Below, piece by piece: positions 43,131-55,555 of a stretch of DNA of 64,000 bases; the first letter of the stretch is position 1, and the number at the start of each line of letters is the position of its first letter. Below the pieces are notes generated by a model. That model was not told the origin of the DNA and searched no databases. It was given only the letters and a program-made list of their open reading frames with translations. Source of the stretch: Eledone cirrhosa (Eukaryota). The translations under genes and the position numbers were made by a program. The stretch covers positions 34,534,001 through 34,598,000 of the forward strand of contig OZ024755.1 of NCBI GenBank assembly GCA_964016885.1. The letters run 5' to 3'.

Positions 43131-44714
43131 GTGAACTGGAATGACAATGACAAAGAAAAAGAGACAAAGAACCTAGATCTGTTGGATCTCCCCACATGCA
43201 CTCCGAATTGTCAACTCTTATCTTGCTGGTGGCATTATTTATTTCTAGTTGAAGACTTTCTTATTGACAATGACAGGCATTATTTTCTTAAAAGATGTTA
43301 CCAAGGTAAGAACCACCAAGTTGAGTCATAAAATATTATATAATTATTGAAAAGAAAGGAAAGTCTCAAGCATATCTGTGTAAAATAATCGAAGAAAAAT
43401 AGCAAAAGAACCTGAGAGAAAAAGAGTTTAGAATTTTGTCTAACCTTTTGTAAAAATCAATAGAAAATATCATCGTTGTTATGGTTTTCTGTTATTTTTA
43501 TTGCAGGTTGTTGCCGTTGTTAACAATAAGAATAAGTAAATTGATAGACAATTATTTCAAAAAAAAAAAAAAAACAGAATCCAACCAAGCAAACAAATAC
43601 AAAAAGAAAAAAAAACTGGCAATCAATTTTTTTTAAAGCTAGAGAAAAAAAATGAAGGACCTAAAATTATTTTGTTCAAATTTCAATAAATTTTGTTGCT
43701 TTCATATGATATTTCCATGTATACATCATATAACCATCATGGGACCTCTTACATCTATTATGTCATCATAACCATCACAGTTATTATCACTATGATTGCT
43801 ATTATCATCACTTGCCATCACAACTAACAAATAATATGCCATATAAATGGGAAAATTCAATTTTCTTTATATTTTTTCTTTAGTTACTTATTTATACAAA
43901 TATTTCTACATGATTCTCCCTATAAAATCTTTATGTATTTTCCCCTCTTTAGCTCACAATGCACACCTAACTCCTTTATCAAAATTTCAGATTTTCCTCT
44001 CACAATGAAAAACTCAACAAAACAATAACAGTTAAGAGAAACAATAACGAAAAAAAAAAAAAAAATTTTTATTATAAAAATGACAAATATTCTGCACATT
44101 TAGTAATTTGCATATCTATATGACCAATTTAATTGGATTCTGGAAAGTTCTATCGCCAGGCAACAGACCAACTGGAGGGAAGAATTTTGTATTCATTGCA
44201 TTTAGGTCTAAGAAATTTATATATTTCCAAAACTGATTAAAAATGAAAAAAAAATTTTTTTTCTGTTTTAAAATTCAGATGAAAAATACAAAATTCAATA
44301 AAAATAAATATTTTCTTTAGAAATAATTATACCCTTGTCCAGTACATGAGATTTGTATATGAGGGCTCAGAAAAATATTTGTGCACCTATGAATGTAGGC
44401 ATGCATATGCACACAAACATGTACATACACACACATGCACAATCACATGCAAACTCATGTATACACATGTATAGAAAACTGAAATACAAACCACATAGGA
44501 GTACTTCTCACATATATGTGACAGTATTGCAGATACCCCACCACACATCTTAAATGGCAGCAAAAAAGCCATCTGACTGATTAACAAAGATGCAATTACC
44601 GAAACACTTTAACGATAAGCTCACAAATATTCTTTACTTCTTCTCCTCCTATAACATACAGTGGCTTGTATTCTTCTGAGCTTGTTCACTACAGACTTGC
44701 ATTAACCACAATAT

Positions 44715-45300
44715 AATAATGGAATTATTGTGTACAGTGCTCAGGTGCACTACAACTCATCAAAGGTGGCTGTATAGTACATAGAATAATTATTTCTACT
44801 TTTGGCACAAGGCCAGCAATTATCCCAGTGCATTACTGGTACTTTATTTTATTGACCCCATAAGGATGAAAGGCAAAGTTAACTTTGGCAGAATTTGAAC
44901 TCAGATCGTAAAGGGCTGTAACTCTATGCTGCAAAGCATGGCATCCAACCCTCTACCGATACTGGAAAGTGAACAGTGTATGAGTTATGTTATACATGTG
45001 TAGTATGGAGGTGAGGGGGGGGGGGGGGGGTATGGATACCAAGTGTAGTGTTGGTGAATTTCAGGAAGCATGGAAGTTTTAAAGGATGCAGTGTCTCGGC
45101 AGCTAACAACTGACGCAGGGAGTTTGTTCCATGCTTCAGCAATTCTGAGCATGAACAAATATTTCCGCCAATCATGGGAGCTGTACTGTTTTCTGACTTT
45201 GTAGGCAACCTCACGTGTGTTAGACACATGGAATTAAAAAAAGGTGCTCAGGGTTGTTGTTGGTAAGATGGTTAATAATTTTGTGGGTGTTTCTGATACA
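44715..45300 (-). mobile_element. CR1-like LINE 3' end interrupted by SINE-B (44785-44965)
   Basis: RKYLFMLRIAEAWNKLPASVVSCRDTASFK is a typical CR1 ORF2 C-terminus. Confidence 0.75.
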
Positions 45301-45344
45301 CCTATATAGAGTGCCAGATTTAGAACAAATGTCCACCTTCCAAA

Positions 45345-45415
45345 TATTTTATCTGATGAAAACACAAATGTTATTGCATGATGATATTTGTTTTTGAAAT
45401 GCGCATAATAAAATA
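45345..45415 (+). ncRNA. Minimal type I hammerhead ribozyme (best-preserved copy)
   Basis: TATTTTAT-CTGATGA(45353-59)-15-bp stem II-GAAA(45396-99)-TGCGCA-TA-ATAAAATA. Perfect 8-bp stem I and palindromic stem III ATGCGCAT. Confidence 0.92.
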
Positions 45416-45562
45416 CATGGAACTCTTTTAACCATCTTTTGATCTTATATATTATGTATACTCCAGTCCTACAAACTGTAGAGTGCTTCTTATCCGATAT
45501 CTGCATTGCTTTATTGTACTACAATAAAACTCACCTCCTACATATATATATATATATATTAT

Positions 45563-46123
45563 ATATAATATAAAACGAAAAATCAGTGATGCATCTGGAC
45601 TCAGTTTATTGTGTGTTACAATTGTTTCACCGGCAGATTGCTCGAGACAGGATCCTTGTATGGATCTGCTGATTCTAGATCTGCAGATTCTTCGGAGACA
45701 TGCAATACTTTTGGAACAAACTTTCTCCCTGGGGTGTTAGCTTCAAAAACCATCTTCCTCTCCTGTCTTGCTATTGGCTGTTGTTTTTCTACGTCATCAT
45801 AAATTCTGGTCAATATTTGCTGCCAAACTGGCCATCAGAGAAAAACAACAGCCAATAGCAAGACAGGAGGGGAAGATGTTTTTTGAAGCTAACACCCCAG
45901 TGAGAAAGTTTGTTCCGAAAGTATTGCATGTGTCCAAAGAATCTGCAGATCCATAAAATGATCCTGTCTCAAGCTGTCCACCGGCGAAACAATTGTAACA
46001 CACAATAAACTGAGTCCAGATGCATCACTGATTTTTCGTTTTATATTATATCACACTCTGCTCTATAAAAACATAGAGTGCTCAATTGGCATACCGCCTA
46101 TGGAAGCATCATAGCTACCATTA
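45563..46123 (+). mobile_element. Asymmetric fold-back element, family H3 (U4C-core hammerhead in each arm)
   Basis: Arms 45563-45790 and 45839-46051, 48-nt spacer, ~70-bp unpaired tail. TGTGT-CC(G/A)AAGA...GAAAC-AATT-GTA-ACACA-c-AATAAA. Confidence 0.75.
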
Positions 46124-46124
46124 A

Positions 46125-46159
<35 letters not shown>

Positions 46160-46629
46160 GATAGATATACATACATATATATATAACAGAATACATATCA
46201 GAAGTATTTACAAACCAGATGCATGGATTAGAATATTAAGCTAGAAGTGAATTATATTTTTCATCAGCAAAAGCTATGCTTGTCCCAGCTAAAATAGATA
46301 AAGATGATCATAGTAGACACTAGATTTAGCTAACTGAAGTAGGATAAACATATTTGGTGCAACTTTAAGATATAGATACCAAAAATATACTTTTCGAGAA
46401 TAGAAATTCTATTCAAATTTTTTTTCAATTTTTACTTACTTTAATATATTTTTATATATCTATTTAGATTAGAAGATAAGCAAGGTTTAAATTTGGTTTA
46501 TGATTTGACGTGACTTCTTGTCAAAAACAATCCTGGTGGATTGAAGAAAAAAATATAATATTATTCCTGTCTCAAACTTGAAATGAGTGTCATATTAATA
46601 CACAAACACACATGCACATACAACACCTT

Positions 46630-46661
<32 letters not shown>

Positions 46662-47357
46662 CATCATCATCATCATCGTTTAATGTCCACCTTCCACGCT
46701 TGCATGGGTTTGGACAGGAATTTTCCCACTTGAGGCAAGATTGGTTGTCCTGCTCATATAGGACTCTCTGGCGGGTTTTCTACGGATGGATGCCCTTCCT
46801 AACACCAAACACGTTTACAGTGTGGAACTGGGAGGTTTTTACCGTGTTACATACACGGCCACATTACAGCGTGGACTGTGTGTTTTTTTGTTGTGACACC
46901 TACACGACCTCATTTGTTTCGGCCTGGATGTTGTGGTACCACCATAACTTTACATCGAAAGGGTTGGTGTGGATGGGGTGGGGGTAGTGGGACGGGGGTG
47001 TATTTTTGTTAAGAGGTGCCTACCGACTGTAGGTTTCGCTTTGTACTTAGGCAGTCTTCTGTATTACTGTGTAGCGCCAAAGATCTCGATCCAGTGACAT
47101 TGTCTTGGAGAGGTGTAAGTGTGTGAGGTCGGAATTTATCAAGTCGTCCCAGGTTTTTCTGGGTCTGCCTACTCCGTGGCTACCGTCTATTTTTATCGCC
47201 CTGCACTTTTTTATGCAACTGTCGTCTTTCATGCGCATCACGTGACCATACCAACGTAGTCTTCTCTCGAGTAAACAACATCTGATCCCTCTTATTCCTA
47301 ATTTCTCCCTTACTTCATTTATGCTTTGCCGTTCACATATATTACTATTACACATCC
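46662..47357 (-). mobile_element. RTE LINE 3' end with long 3' UTR
   Basis: ERRLRWYGHVMRM, GRPRKTW, DRDLWR, and an (ATG)n tail. Confidence 0.92.
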
Positions 47358-47407
47358 AATATATATATGAATATATATATATATATGTGTATATATATAT
47401 ATATATA

Positions 47408-47513
47408 TAAGGAAAAAAGATGAAATCGAAAATGCAACTGGAGTCTTTTTTTTTTTAAATATATATTTTGGTTCCTTTACCGGTTTCGCAGTTCTTCTGC
47501 GTTTCAAAAGTAG
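47408..47513 (-). ncRNA. U3-A8 variant minimal hammerhead + tail (family H2)
   Basis: On minus: CTT-TTGAAAC-GCAG-aagaa-CTGC-GAAAC-CG-GTA-AAG, then the family tail into (TA)n. Confidence 0.6.
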
Positions 47514-47999
47514 AATTGAGAACACAAACGCAACCCAGGAATCGAGCCCACAACATTATGATCATAAGTCCAACACCTTTACCACTAGGCCACGTGCCTC
47601 CACATATATATATACACATACATATATTTATATATATGCATACATACATGTATATATATATATATATCCAGGGAGTGTAACTTGGAGTTACTGTAGGTTC
47701 ACCCGGGTGAGCACTCGTTTAGGTTCACTTCAATGTCGAGGTGTAGAGCTAGACAGAGTGTATTATAGTGAAATAAGATAACAAGGACGATTGGTTACTC
47801 CTTCATTACGTTTATTGGTGAAACATGCGTGACCTTGCCAGGATTTGAGCTCAGACCATAAAGGAATGTAACTCTATGCTGCAAAGCATGACATCTGACC
47901 CTCTACTGATACTGCCAATCCAACGAATTAACACCATCTGATATGAACACAAAAATTTGTATCTTTAGCTGTTTAAAGAATAAAAAAGATAAAGATCCC

Positions 48000-48665
48000 A
48001 TAACCCCTTGTGGAGTCGTAGAGGTACCGTCATATGGTGTGTCTACGGCACTTTTAAACCTGGTGGAGCCCAACCCTCTCCAGGTCTGAACACAGCCAAT
48101 TTTTTCTATAGAGGAAGAATCAACTCCAGTACTGGACTGGTACTTTTTTTTTTATTGACCTCGAAAGGATGAAAGGCAAAGTTGACCATGGCGGGATTTG
48201 AACTCAGAGCACACAATGAGGTTGGATCATCATCATCCTCATCTTCATTTTACGTTCGCTTTTCCCTGCTTGCAAGGGTGGGATGGGAACTGATTCTGGC
48301 TTGATTTCTACAGCTGGATGCCCTTCCTAACACCAACCTCATTTACAGTGAGTGTTGGGTGCTTTTTTTCCATGGCACCTACACATCCACTTTACAGTGT
48401 GGGCTGGGTGCTTTTTTGCCGTGGCACCTCCATGACCACTTTGCAATGGAATGATAGGGACCTCAGTCCCTATCATCTCATTTCTACAGCTGAGTAAACT
48501 GGAGCAATGTGTAATAAAGTATCTTGCTCAAGGAAACACCACATCACCCGGTCTGAGAATTGAACTCACAACCTTTCGATTGCAAGGCCAATGCTCTAAC
48601 CACTAAGCCATGTGTCTCCATGCATACCATAAAGCATTCTATTTGACTTTGCCAATTCACCGCCA
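48000..48665 (-). mobile_element. SINE-B variant interrupted by SINE-A (48228-48619)
   Basis: Head at 48624-48665, body and alternative tail at 48000-48210 (similar to 6160-6490). Confidence 0.8.
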
Positions 48666-49527
48666 TATTCACCTATCCACATTTGTCAACATCAAACCTG
48701 CTAGGGAATTGTTCAATATTATGACGTGTAAAGGAAGACAATAACAGAGTATATAAGCTACTTTCAAACTGAATGAAAATAAGGGCCGTATTATATATTC
48801 CCTGTTAAAATCATTGCTATCATAGAATATATAAGGATTGTTAAAACTAAACATTCAGAAGCACAACACAAACCAAACATTGCATAGAATAATGTTAAAG
48901 AGAGAAGAAAATTATAGCAAGTATTTGGACATAAGCCTTGAAAGTGAGGGAAGGATAAAGAGGGGTCAGATGGACATTGGACAGGGATAAGAGGGAAAGA
49001 AAGGGAGAAGGAAAACTGGAAATAATGGAATATAAGACAGAATTGTCTTATTGGGGGCAATGGAAGAGAAAAAAGAGAGAGAAAGGGTGAGGAGAGAGGA
49101 GAGAGAAAGGGTGGGAGAGAGAGGAGAGAGAAAGGGTGGCAACAAGAGAGGAGAGGAAAGAGAAAGGGTGGGAAAAAGAGAGGAAAGAGAAAGGGTGAGG
49201 AGAGAGGAGAGAGAAAGGGTGGGAAAAAGAGAGGAGAGAGAAAGGTTTGGAAAAAGAGAGGAGGAAGGGTGGGAAAAAGAGAGAGAGAAAGAGAGAGAGA
49301 AAGGGTGAGGAGAAGAGGGGAGAAAGGAAGAGGGGAGAAAGAAAGAGGGGAGAGAGGAAGAGGGCAGAGAGAAAGAGGGGAGAGAGGAAGAGGGGAGAGA
49401 GGAAGAGGGGAGAGAGAGGAAAGAGAGAGAGCTCTAATAAAAACAGTTACATTGTAAAAATGAGTGCGTAGCATTAATGCACACACACACATACACACAT
49501 ACATACATGTATACACACACTTACACA

Positions 49528-49835
49528 TGGGTATAAGAGGGATAAGCTGTAGTGTGCAGGAGAGAAGACTGCGATGGTATGGACATGTGATGCACATGGA
49601 GGTTGACCACTGGGTTAAGAAGTGCCAAGAAATGCCAGTAGAAGGAAGACACAGTAGAGGAAGACCACGAAAAACATGTGCGGAGGTGGCGAGAGCTGAT
49701 CTCAGATTGCGGAAGCTCACGGTGGAGATGACGAAGGACCCGTGATGAATGGAGAGATGTTGTGCTGAATAGGACCCGTCCCACCCTTGCGAGTGGGGAA
49801 AAGCGGACGTAAAATGATGATGATGATGATGATGA
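49528..49835 (+). mobile_element. RTE LINE 3' end (tail donor of SINE-A)
   Basis: QERRLRWYGHVMHM..GRPRKT. The tail cccacccttgcgagtggggaaaagcggacgtaaaatgatga is shared with SINE-A. Confidence 0.9.
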
Positions 49836-51029
49836 ATGCATAATAACATTACCTAATTTCTGCCAATGGTGGTTCCACTTGGACCATTGTCAGTAGAACA
49901 GAATCATAGAAAATGGTGCATTGGTCCAGGTATCTCAATTTTACTAACCACACGAAGTAGTCTTCCTCTCTGATCAACGTATAAGTGTACACTCTAATTG
50001 ATTGGGTTCGAATTTAATAATACGGTCTTAATTAGATTATTGAATTAGTGAGGAAATTACCAAAGCTGTGTCCATTTTATTTGGTAAGCTTCGTCTTTTA
50101 ATTATGTATGTATATATATGTGTGTATATATATATATATGTGTATGTATATATATGTGTGTGTATATATATGTGTGTATATATATATATGTATGTATATA
50201 TATGTGTGTGTATATATATGTGTGTATATATATGTGTGTGTGTATATATATATATATTTTTATTTTTTTCAGTGTGGTCTACCCTGGGTGGTAAGGACGT
50301 ACCTTAGATAGAACTCAATGTAATCGAATGACAAGTAATCCAGTGAAATCTATAGAGAAGTTCTGTGTTCTGCTGAGTTAATTCCTTAGATACAGAGTCA
50401 GATATTAGGTATTAAATTAATAATGAAAATAAAAACAACAAAGTCAAGTTATTTTACCCATTCATATCAGTTTTACGATCGTTTCAGAGGGTTGATCATA
50501 TTTACATATTGTCTGATCTATAGCAGTTATAGAACTGTATACTATCAGACCTGATCTATAGGTTCGATCAGGCCGTCTTCTTTGCAATATATATATATAT
50601 ATAGTTCAACGGGACAACAAACAGAGATATAAAAAGTTTCATGCTTTCTAGGAAAAAGATAGAAAGTCCGAAGTGTCAAGCTTAAGCCCTTCTACAGCAG
50701 TACAAAATAGAGACAGGATCACAAAGGAGGTCCAAGTAAAGAAAAAAATCAAACATAAAGAGTGTAAACAAGACAAACCGTTAGATAGTGTTGGTAACAA
50801 GTTGGAACACAAAATGAATTGTGTGTTTATAAGTGTCGATATTATGTGTGAGTGTAAGTGTATGTACCTTTATTTGTTGTACCCTTGAACTATATTTTCC
50901 AAGCTTACATGCCAATCTTTGTATTTCGAAACTGGATATTTACCTATACCATGTGACTACTCTATTTTACCATCCTGACCAGCCAGCGGATTACCCACAG
51001 ACCTTCAATATTTGGATATAAATCAACTC

Positions 51030-51365
51030 TCAAGTGGCCAGGAGGGAAGCTAGGAGACAAGTGTACTTCGCAAGAAGGGAAGCAGAGGAAAGAAAATACA
51101 AGCATGTTCTACAACGCGAGGACCAAAAACGTGAGGTGTTCAGGATTGCTAGGCAATATGTCAAGGAAAACCGTGATAGAAGTGTGTACTTAATGATGAC
51201 GGCATACTTGCCATCACCGACGCTGATAAGAAGGTAGCTTGGAAGTGTCACTATGAAAGGCTACTAAATGAGGAGAATAAATGGGAGAAAGACAGTCTCC
51301 CCCACATCGACCCAATAGAGGGACCAGCAGTGTTAGTCGAGGGTAGTATAATAAGTAAGGCAATC
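51030..51365 (+). mobile_element. RTE LINE fragment (EN-RT linker)
   Basis: ARREARRQVY..EVFRIARQ..AWKCHYERLLNEENKW. Confidence 0.8.
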
Positions 51366-51413
51366 ATATATTTCTATGCTTATTTCCATTGGTATACATC
51401 TATTACGCAATTT

Positions 51414-51471
51414 ACACCTGACGAAGTCACCGGGTTCTTAAGCAAACTGAGCACTAAAATGTGCATAGTGT
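51414..51471 (+). ncRNA. Decayed minimal hammerhead (G12A)
   Basis: ACAC-CTGACGA-AGT...ACT-AAAA-TGTGCA-TA-GTGT, then AATAAA and a tail ending in (TA)n at ~51680. Confidence 0.6.
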
Positions 51472-51856
51472 TTACAGGAATAAAAAATTAAGGAAATTCA
51501 ACATTTTTGGCCTTCTGTCATTTCACTTTATAATACATTTTCTCTGTTCCCGCAACACCAACATGATTCAACATTGAAGATGGATGAGTTGCATAACGTT
51601 GAGTGCTTTTCTCATATTACGTCACGGTTAACATTGCAGAATGACCAATTCTACCCAGTGGTAGACCACCAAATTTAAATGTATATATATGTATAACCCA
51701 TGCTAGCGTGGAAGATGGATGTTAAACGATGATGATGATATATAACTAGATCTACAAAACCAAATAGTAAAATTATAATATTATAAAATTAAATCAAATT
51801 GTTTATAACTACAAGTGAAGTCATTATTTTCCTGTTTTCAAATATATATATATATA

Positions 51857-52150
51857 TATCATCATCATCATCATCATTTAACGTCCATGTTCCACGCTTG
51901 CATGGGTTTGGATGGGAGTTTTTCCACTTGAGGCAAGAGTGGTTGTCTTGCTCGCATAGGACTGTCTGGCGGGTTTTCTACAGCTGGATGCCCTTCCTAA
52001 CACCAACCACATTTACAGTGTGGGGCTGGGAGGTTTTACCATGTTACCTACACGGCCACATTACAGCATGGACTGCGTGTTTTTTTGTCGTGACCCCTAC
52101 ACGATCTCATTTGTTTCGGCCTGGATGTTGTGGCACCAACATAACTTTAC
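51857..52150 (-). mobile_element. 3' UTR of the main RTE family
   Basis: Matches 46662-46955. Confidence 0.85.
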
Positions 52151-52987
52151 ATTGATACCTACCCATCCTCTCCCCTGTCCACCGCACCTCCGCACACACA
52201 CAGTCCACACCACATACAGACCCTTTCTTCACCTGTCATCCTCCTCTACTGCTATCTCTTCATCCTGCCTTGACCATCTGACCCCACTTCCTGTTGCGCG
52301 CACACCCCCACATCTCTCCACTTCCACACCACCACCACAAATGGATATCACACCACCGGTCATCGTTCCAGCTATCCACTCTATAACAGGAGAAATATCC
52401 GACATCTTATCGCACACTCCATGGAACTACTTTAGGAACTTACCCACAAACAAACACTCACATTTTTTTTTTGAGCCACGCCGCCTACATCCACACCACA
52501 TATAAACACAAACACACATGTGCGTATCCCCACATACACACACTCAGCCTCCGGAAACCACACAGCCTCCCCCCCCCCCCCGCTCTGACCCCTCTCCATC
52601 CACACGCACGCACACACTGACTTACACCCCACCCCATGTACACACTGGTTCCCCTTTACCTGGACATGGAACCTCGTTCTTCCATCAACTCTCACATTCA
52701 CACACACACACACACACAGAAACGTACACCTACACTACCTTCAGCCCTCCCCACCTTCCTCTCCCAACTCCACCCACCACCACCCCTACACGCCTCACAC
52801 CACTTGTTTATTTTTCCCTCCCTTTTCTCCCCCCCCCCCCCCCACCTTTTTTAATGTCTTTCCACCATTCCCACACACACCCTCGGAACTCTCTTCCCCC
52901 ACCCCACACCCCACTCTCAAAAACGTGAACTTAATAAACTACCATTTGTACTGCCTCTCTGTTTTTTGTTCCTGTCAAATATTTAAC

Positions 52988-53070
<83 letters not shown>

Positions 53071-53751
53071 GGGGGGGGATAAATAGAGAGGGGGAGAGAG
53101 AGGGAGGGAGAGAGAGAGGGAGAGTCTGCAGTAGTGAGCAGATGAATGTGGAAATATTTGGAATGCATCAGACCTATGATGCAAATTTTTCTTTAAAACC
53201 TGATTAGTAAAATGATAGGTAAATGTATCGACATACTTCCAGAGACATATATCTTTAGGAAAAAAAAATGTTTTACTGCATTAATTCAATCTTACAATTG
53301 CATGAGATCTTTAACTAATGAAATATCTTCTCAATATATCAAAATCTTTCTACAATAAATTTTTTTTTAAATGATAAGCACTGCCATTTACCTTCTAAAA
53401 ACATCCTTTCTAACAACTCTTTCAGAATAACATTACAAATATGCCATTGATAAATATAAAGTGGAAAGTAATTCCATTTTGTCCGCTTCTGGAAGCTAAA
53501 TATAGAAACAATTATGTGAACACGTTCAATACTTGAAAGTCTTCACGGTTGCAAGTGAGACATATGAATATGCTTAGCAATTAGCTTTCAATTAATATAT
53601 ATTATATAATCTATCATGTTTAGCAGCATGGAGTCCTTTCCATGTTCCCTAAATAGATATAAACAAACCTATATATATGTGAATATTTATGTGCATATAT
53701 GTGTGTATGCATATATATGTATGTATGTATGTATATATATATGTATCATCA

Positions 53752-53802
<51 letters not shown>

Positions 53803-54198
53803 GTATATATGTGTGTGTGTGTGTGGTGGTGGGTATGCATATATGTGCATATTTGCATGAGGTGGGGACATATGCTTCAGAGTGCATGCATGTATGTGTA
53901 TATATATATATACACACATATATATATATATATATACATATCATATATATATACATATACATATATATATACATATACATATATATACATATACATATAT
54001 ATACATATACATATATATACATATACATATATATACACACATATATATATATACACATATATATATATATATACACATATATATATGTATACACACATAT
54101 ATATATACACACATATATATATATACACATATATATATATATATACACATATATATATGTATACACACATATATATATATACACACATATATATATAT

Positions 54199-54242
<44 letters not shown>

Positions 54243-54769
54243 TGTTGAAGACATGACTTCTTCCCAGTTTCAATTTCTATATTGTTCACGATTCTGTAAG
54301 AAACAGACATGTTGTCTAGAATCCTGGATGAAAATAGGCGATTAATTATGGACACAACATTTATAACGCAATTTGGTGCCAAAATCAATACACAGTATGT
54401 TACTAGCCACATAAACAAGGTCATGATCACATCACTCGTGATGTGTATGTCTAATGGTCCAGTAGGAAAATGATAAAATGATCGTGAAGCAAGAATTGCA
54501 TATAAATACATAAAACACATATACCTATAATAAAAGATGCAGTAAACATAAACCAACAATACTCCTGAAGAAGAGATTATGAATATCTGGAAACGTTTAT
54601 AAAATCATGGACTTAGAAACTTTGTTGTTTCAAATGAAATGTCGAGGCAGTTTTGGAAAATAGAAGATTCAAATAAAGACATTGTTCATCTTCATCAACA
54701 CATATAAAACAAGAACTGTTCCGCATACATACATGCATCTGGAATTCTATAAGAATCCGGCTTCTATAA

Positions 54770-54860
54770 TTTTCGGTGAAAGCATGGGGGTACATGGCTC
54801 TGATGAATGCCAACCAGCATGAAACAGACTGTCAGCTTCTCTCCCCTCTTTCGCCGAAAA
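54770..54860 (+). ncRNA. Type I hammerhead ribozyme with extended stem I
   Basis: GGCT-CTGATGA(54800-06)-ATGC-caacca-GCAT-GAAAC-AGaCT-GTC(C17=54833)-AGCT. Distal pairing GGGG/CCCC and TTTTCGGTGAA/TTCGCCGAAAA. Confidence 0.9.
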
Positions 54861-55090
54861 GAAGTAAGTGACATAGTGACTACTTTAAAACTGATAGCGT
54901 ATGGTCTTCTAAATGTTTTTAATTAAACATACGGTATATTGCCAAATATACTATACATACATTCATGTATACATCGCTATTTCAGAGCACCAATCCTTAC
55001 ATATATATATATATATATAAATATATATATAATAAAATGAACACAGGACATATGTCAACGGTTTGGATGGGACCACCCATGTAAACTCGC

Positions 55091-55174
55091 ATATGTGAAG
55101 AGGTGTCGATTAGGAGTCAAGATTTGATCGCCCGATCAAACCCGAGCTGATCGATATCAAAATAGTTGTAATAT
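55091..55174 (+). ncRNA. Decayed hammerhead (C3G, G12A)
   Basis: ATAT-GTGAAGA-12-bp stem GGTGTCGATTAG/CTGATCGATATC-AAAA-TAGTT-GTA-ATAT, then AATAAA. Confidence 0.55.
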
Positions 55175-55472
55175 CCAATAAAGTTTCATAACAACCTGAA
55201 AATCTGATTTCCTAGTCTCTCACTCTATATATATATAGAAAATGGTGTTGTTAATCCAGTTCTTTGGATTAACAATACAACTTCCCGGATCTGGGCATAT
55301 CAACAAAATAAAAAAACCCAATGCATTACTGGTACTTTATTTTATCGACCCTGTAAGGATGAAAGGCAAAGTTAACCTCGGCGGGATTTGAACTCAGAAT
55401 AGCAAACTCTATGTGTCAAAGCATAATAATGGAGGTAAACTTTATTCCACCATTATGTTTCCCTGCTTTTTC

Positions 55473-55555
55473 TATTCAAGTTCTAGCTGCCTGATGAGGT
55501 CATAACTGTTGAATAATGGTTATCACCGAAATATATATTGCAGCGAATATGAATA
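55473..55555 (+). ncRNA. Minimal type I hammerhead ribozyme
   Basis: GCTGC-CTGATGA(55491-97)-GGTcATAAC...GTTATcACC-GAAA-TATATA-TT-GCAGC. Distal TATTCA/TGAATA pairing and AATAAA. Confidence 0.85.

Noticed and set aside
44152-44165. RFX X-box-like ATCGCCAGGCAAC (also YY1/ETS-like words at ~3321 and ~4050)
   Set aside because: Single short motifs with no supporting promoter or transcript evidence.
47530-47601. tRNA gene
   Set aside because: A/B boxes are present, but the sequence matches SINE heads and has no clean cloverleaf or acceptor stem.
50660-50702. Decayed hammerhead-like motifs (also ~61990, ~29000-, ~52920)
   Set aside because: Too many core mismatches to support individually.
54561-54630. 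Hammerhead candidate CTGAAGA...GAAAC
   Set aside because: Stem I does not pair convincingly with either downstream GAAAC, so it is not called.
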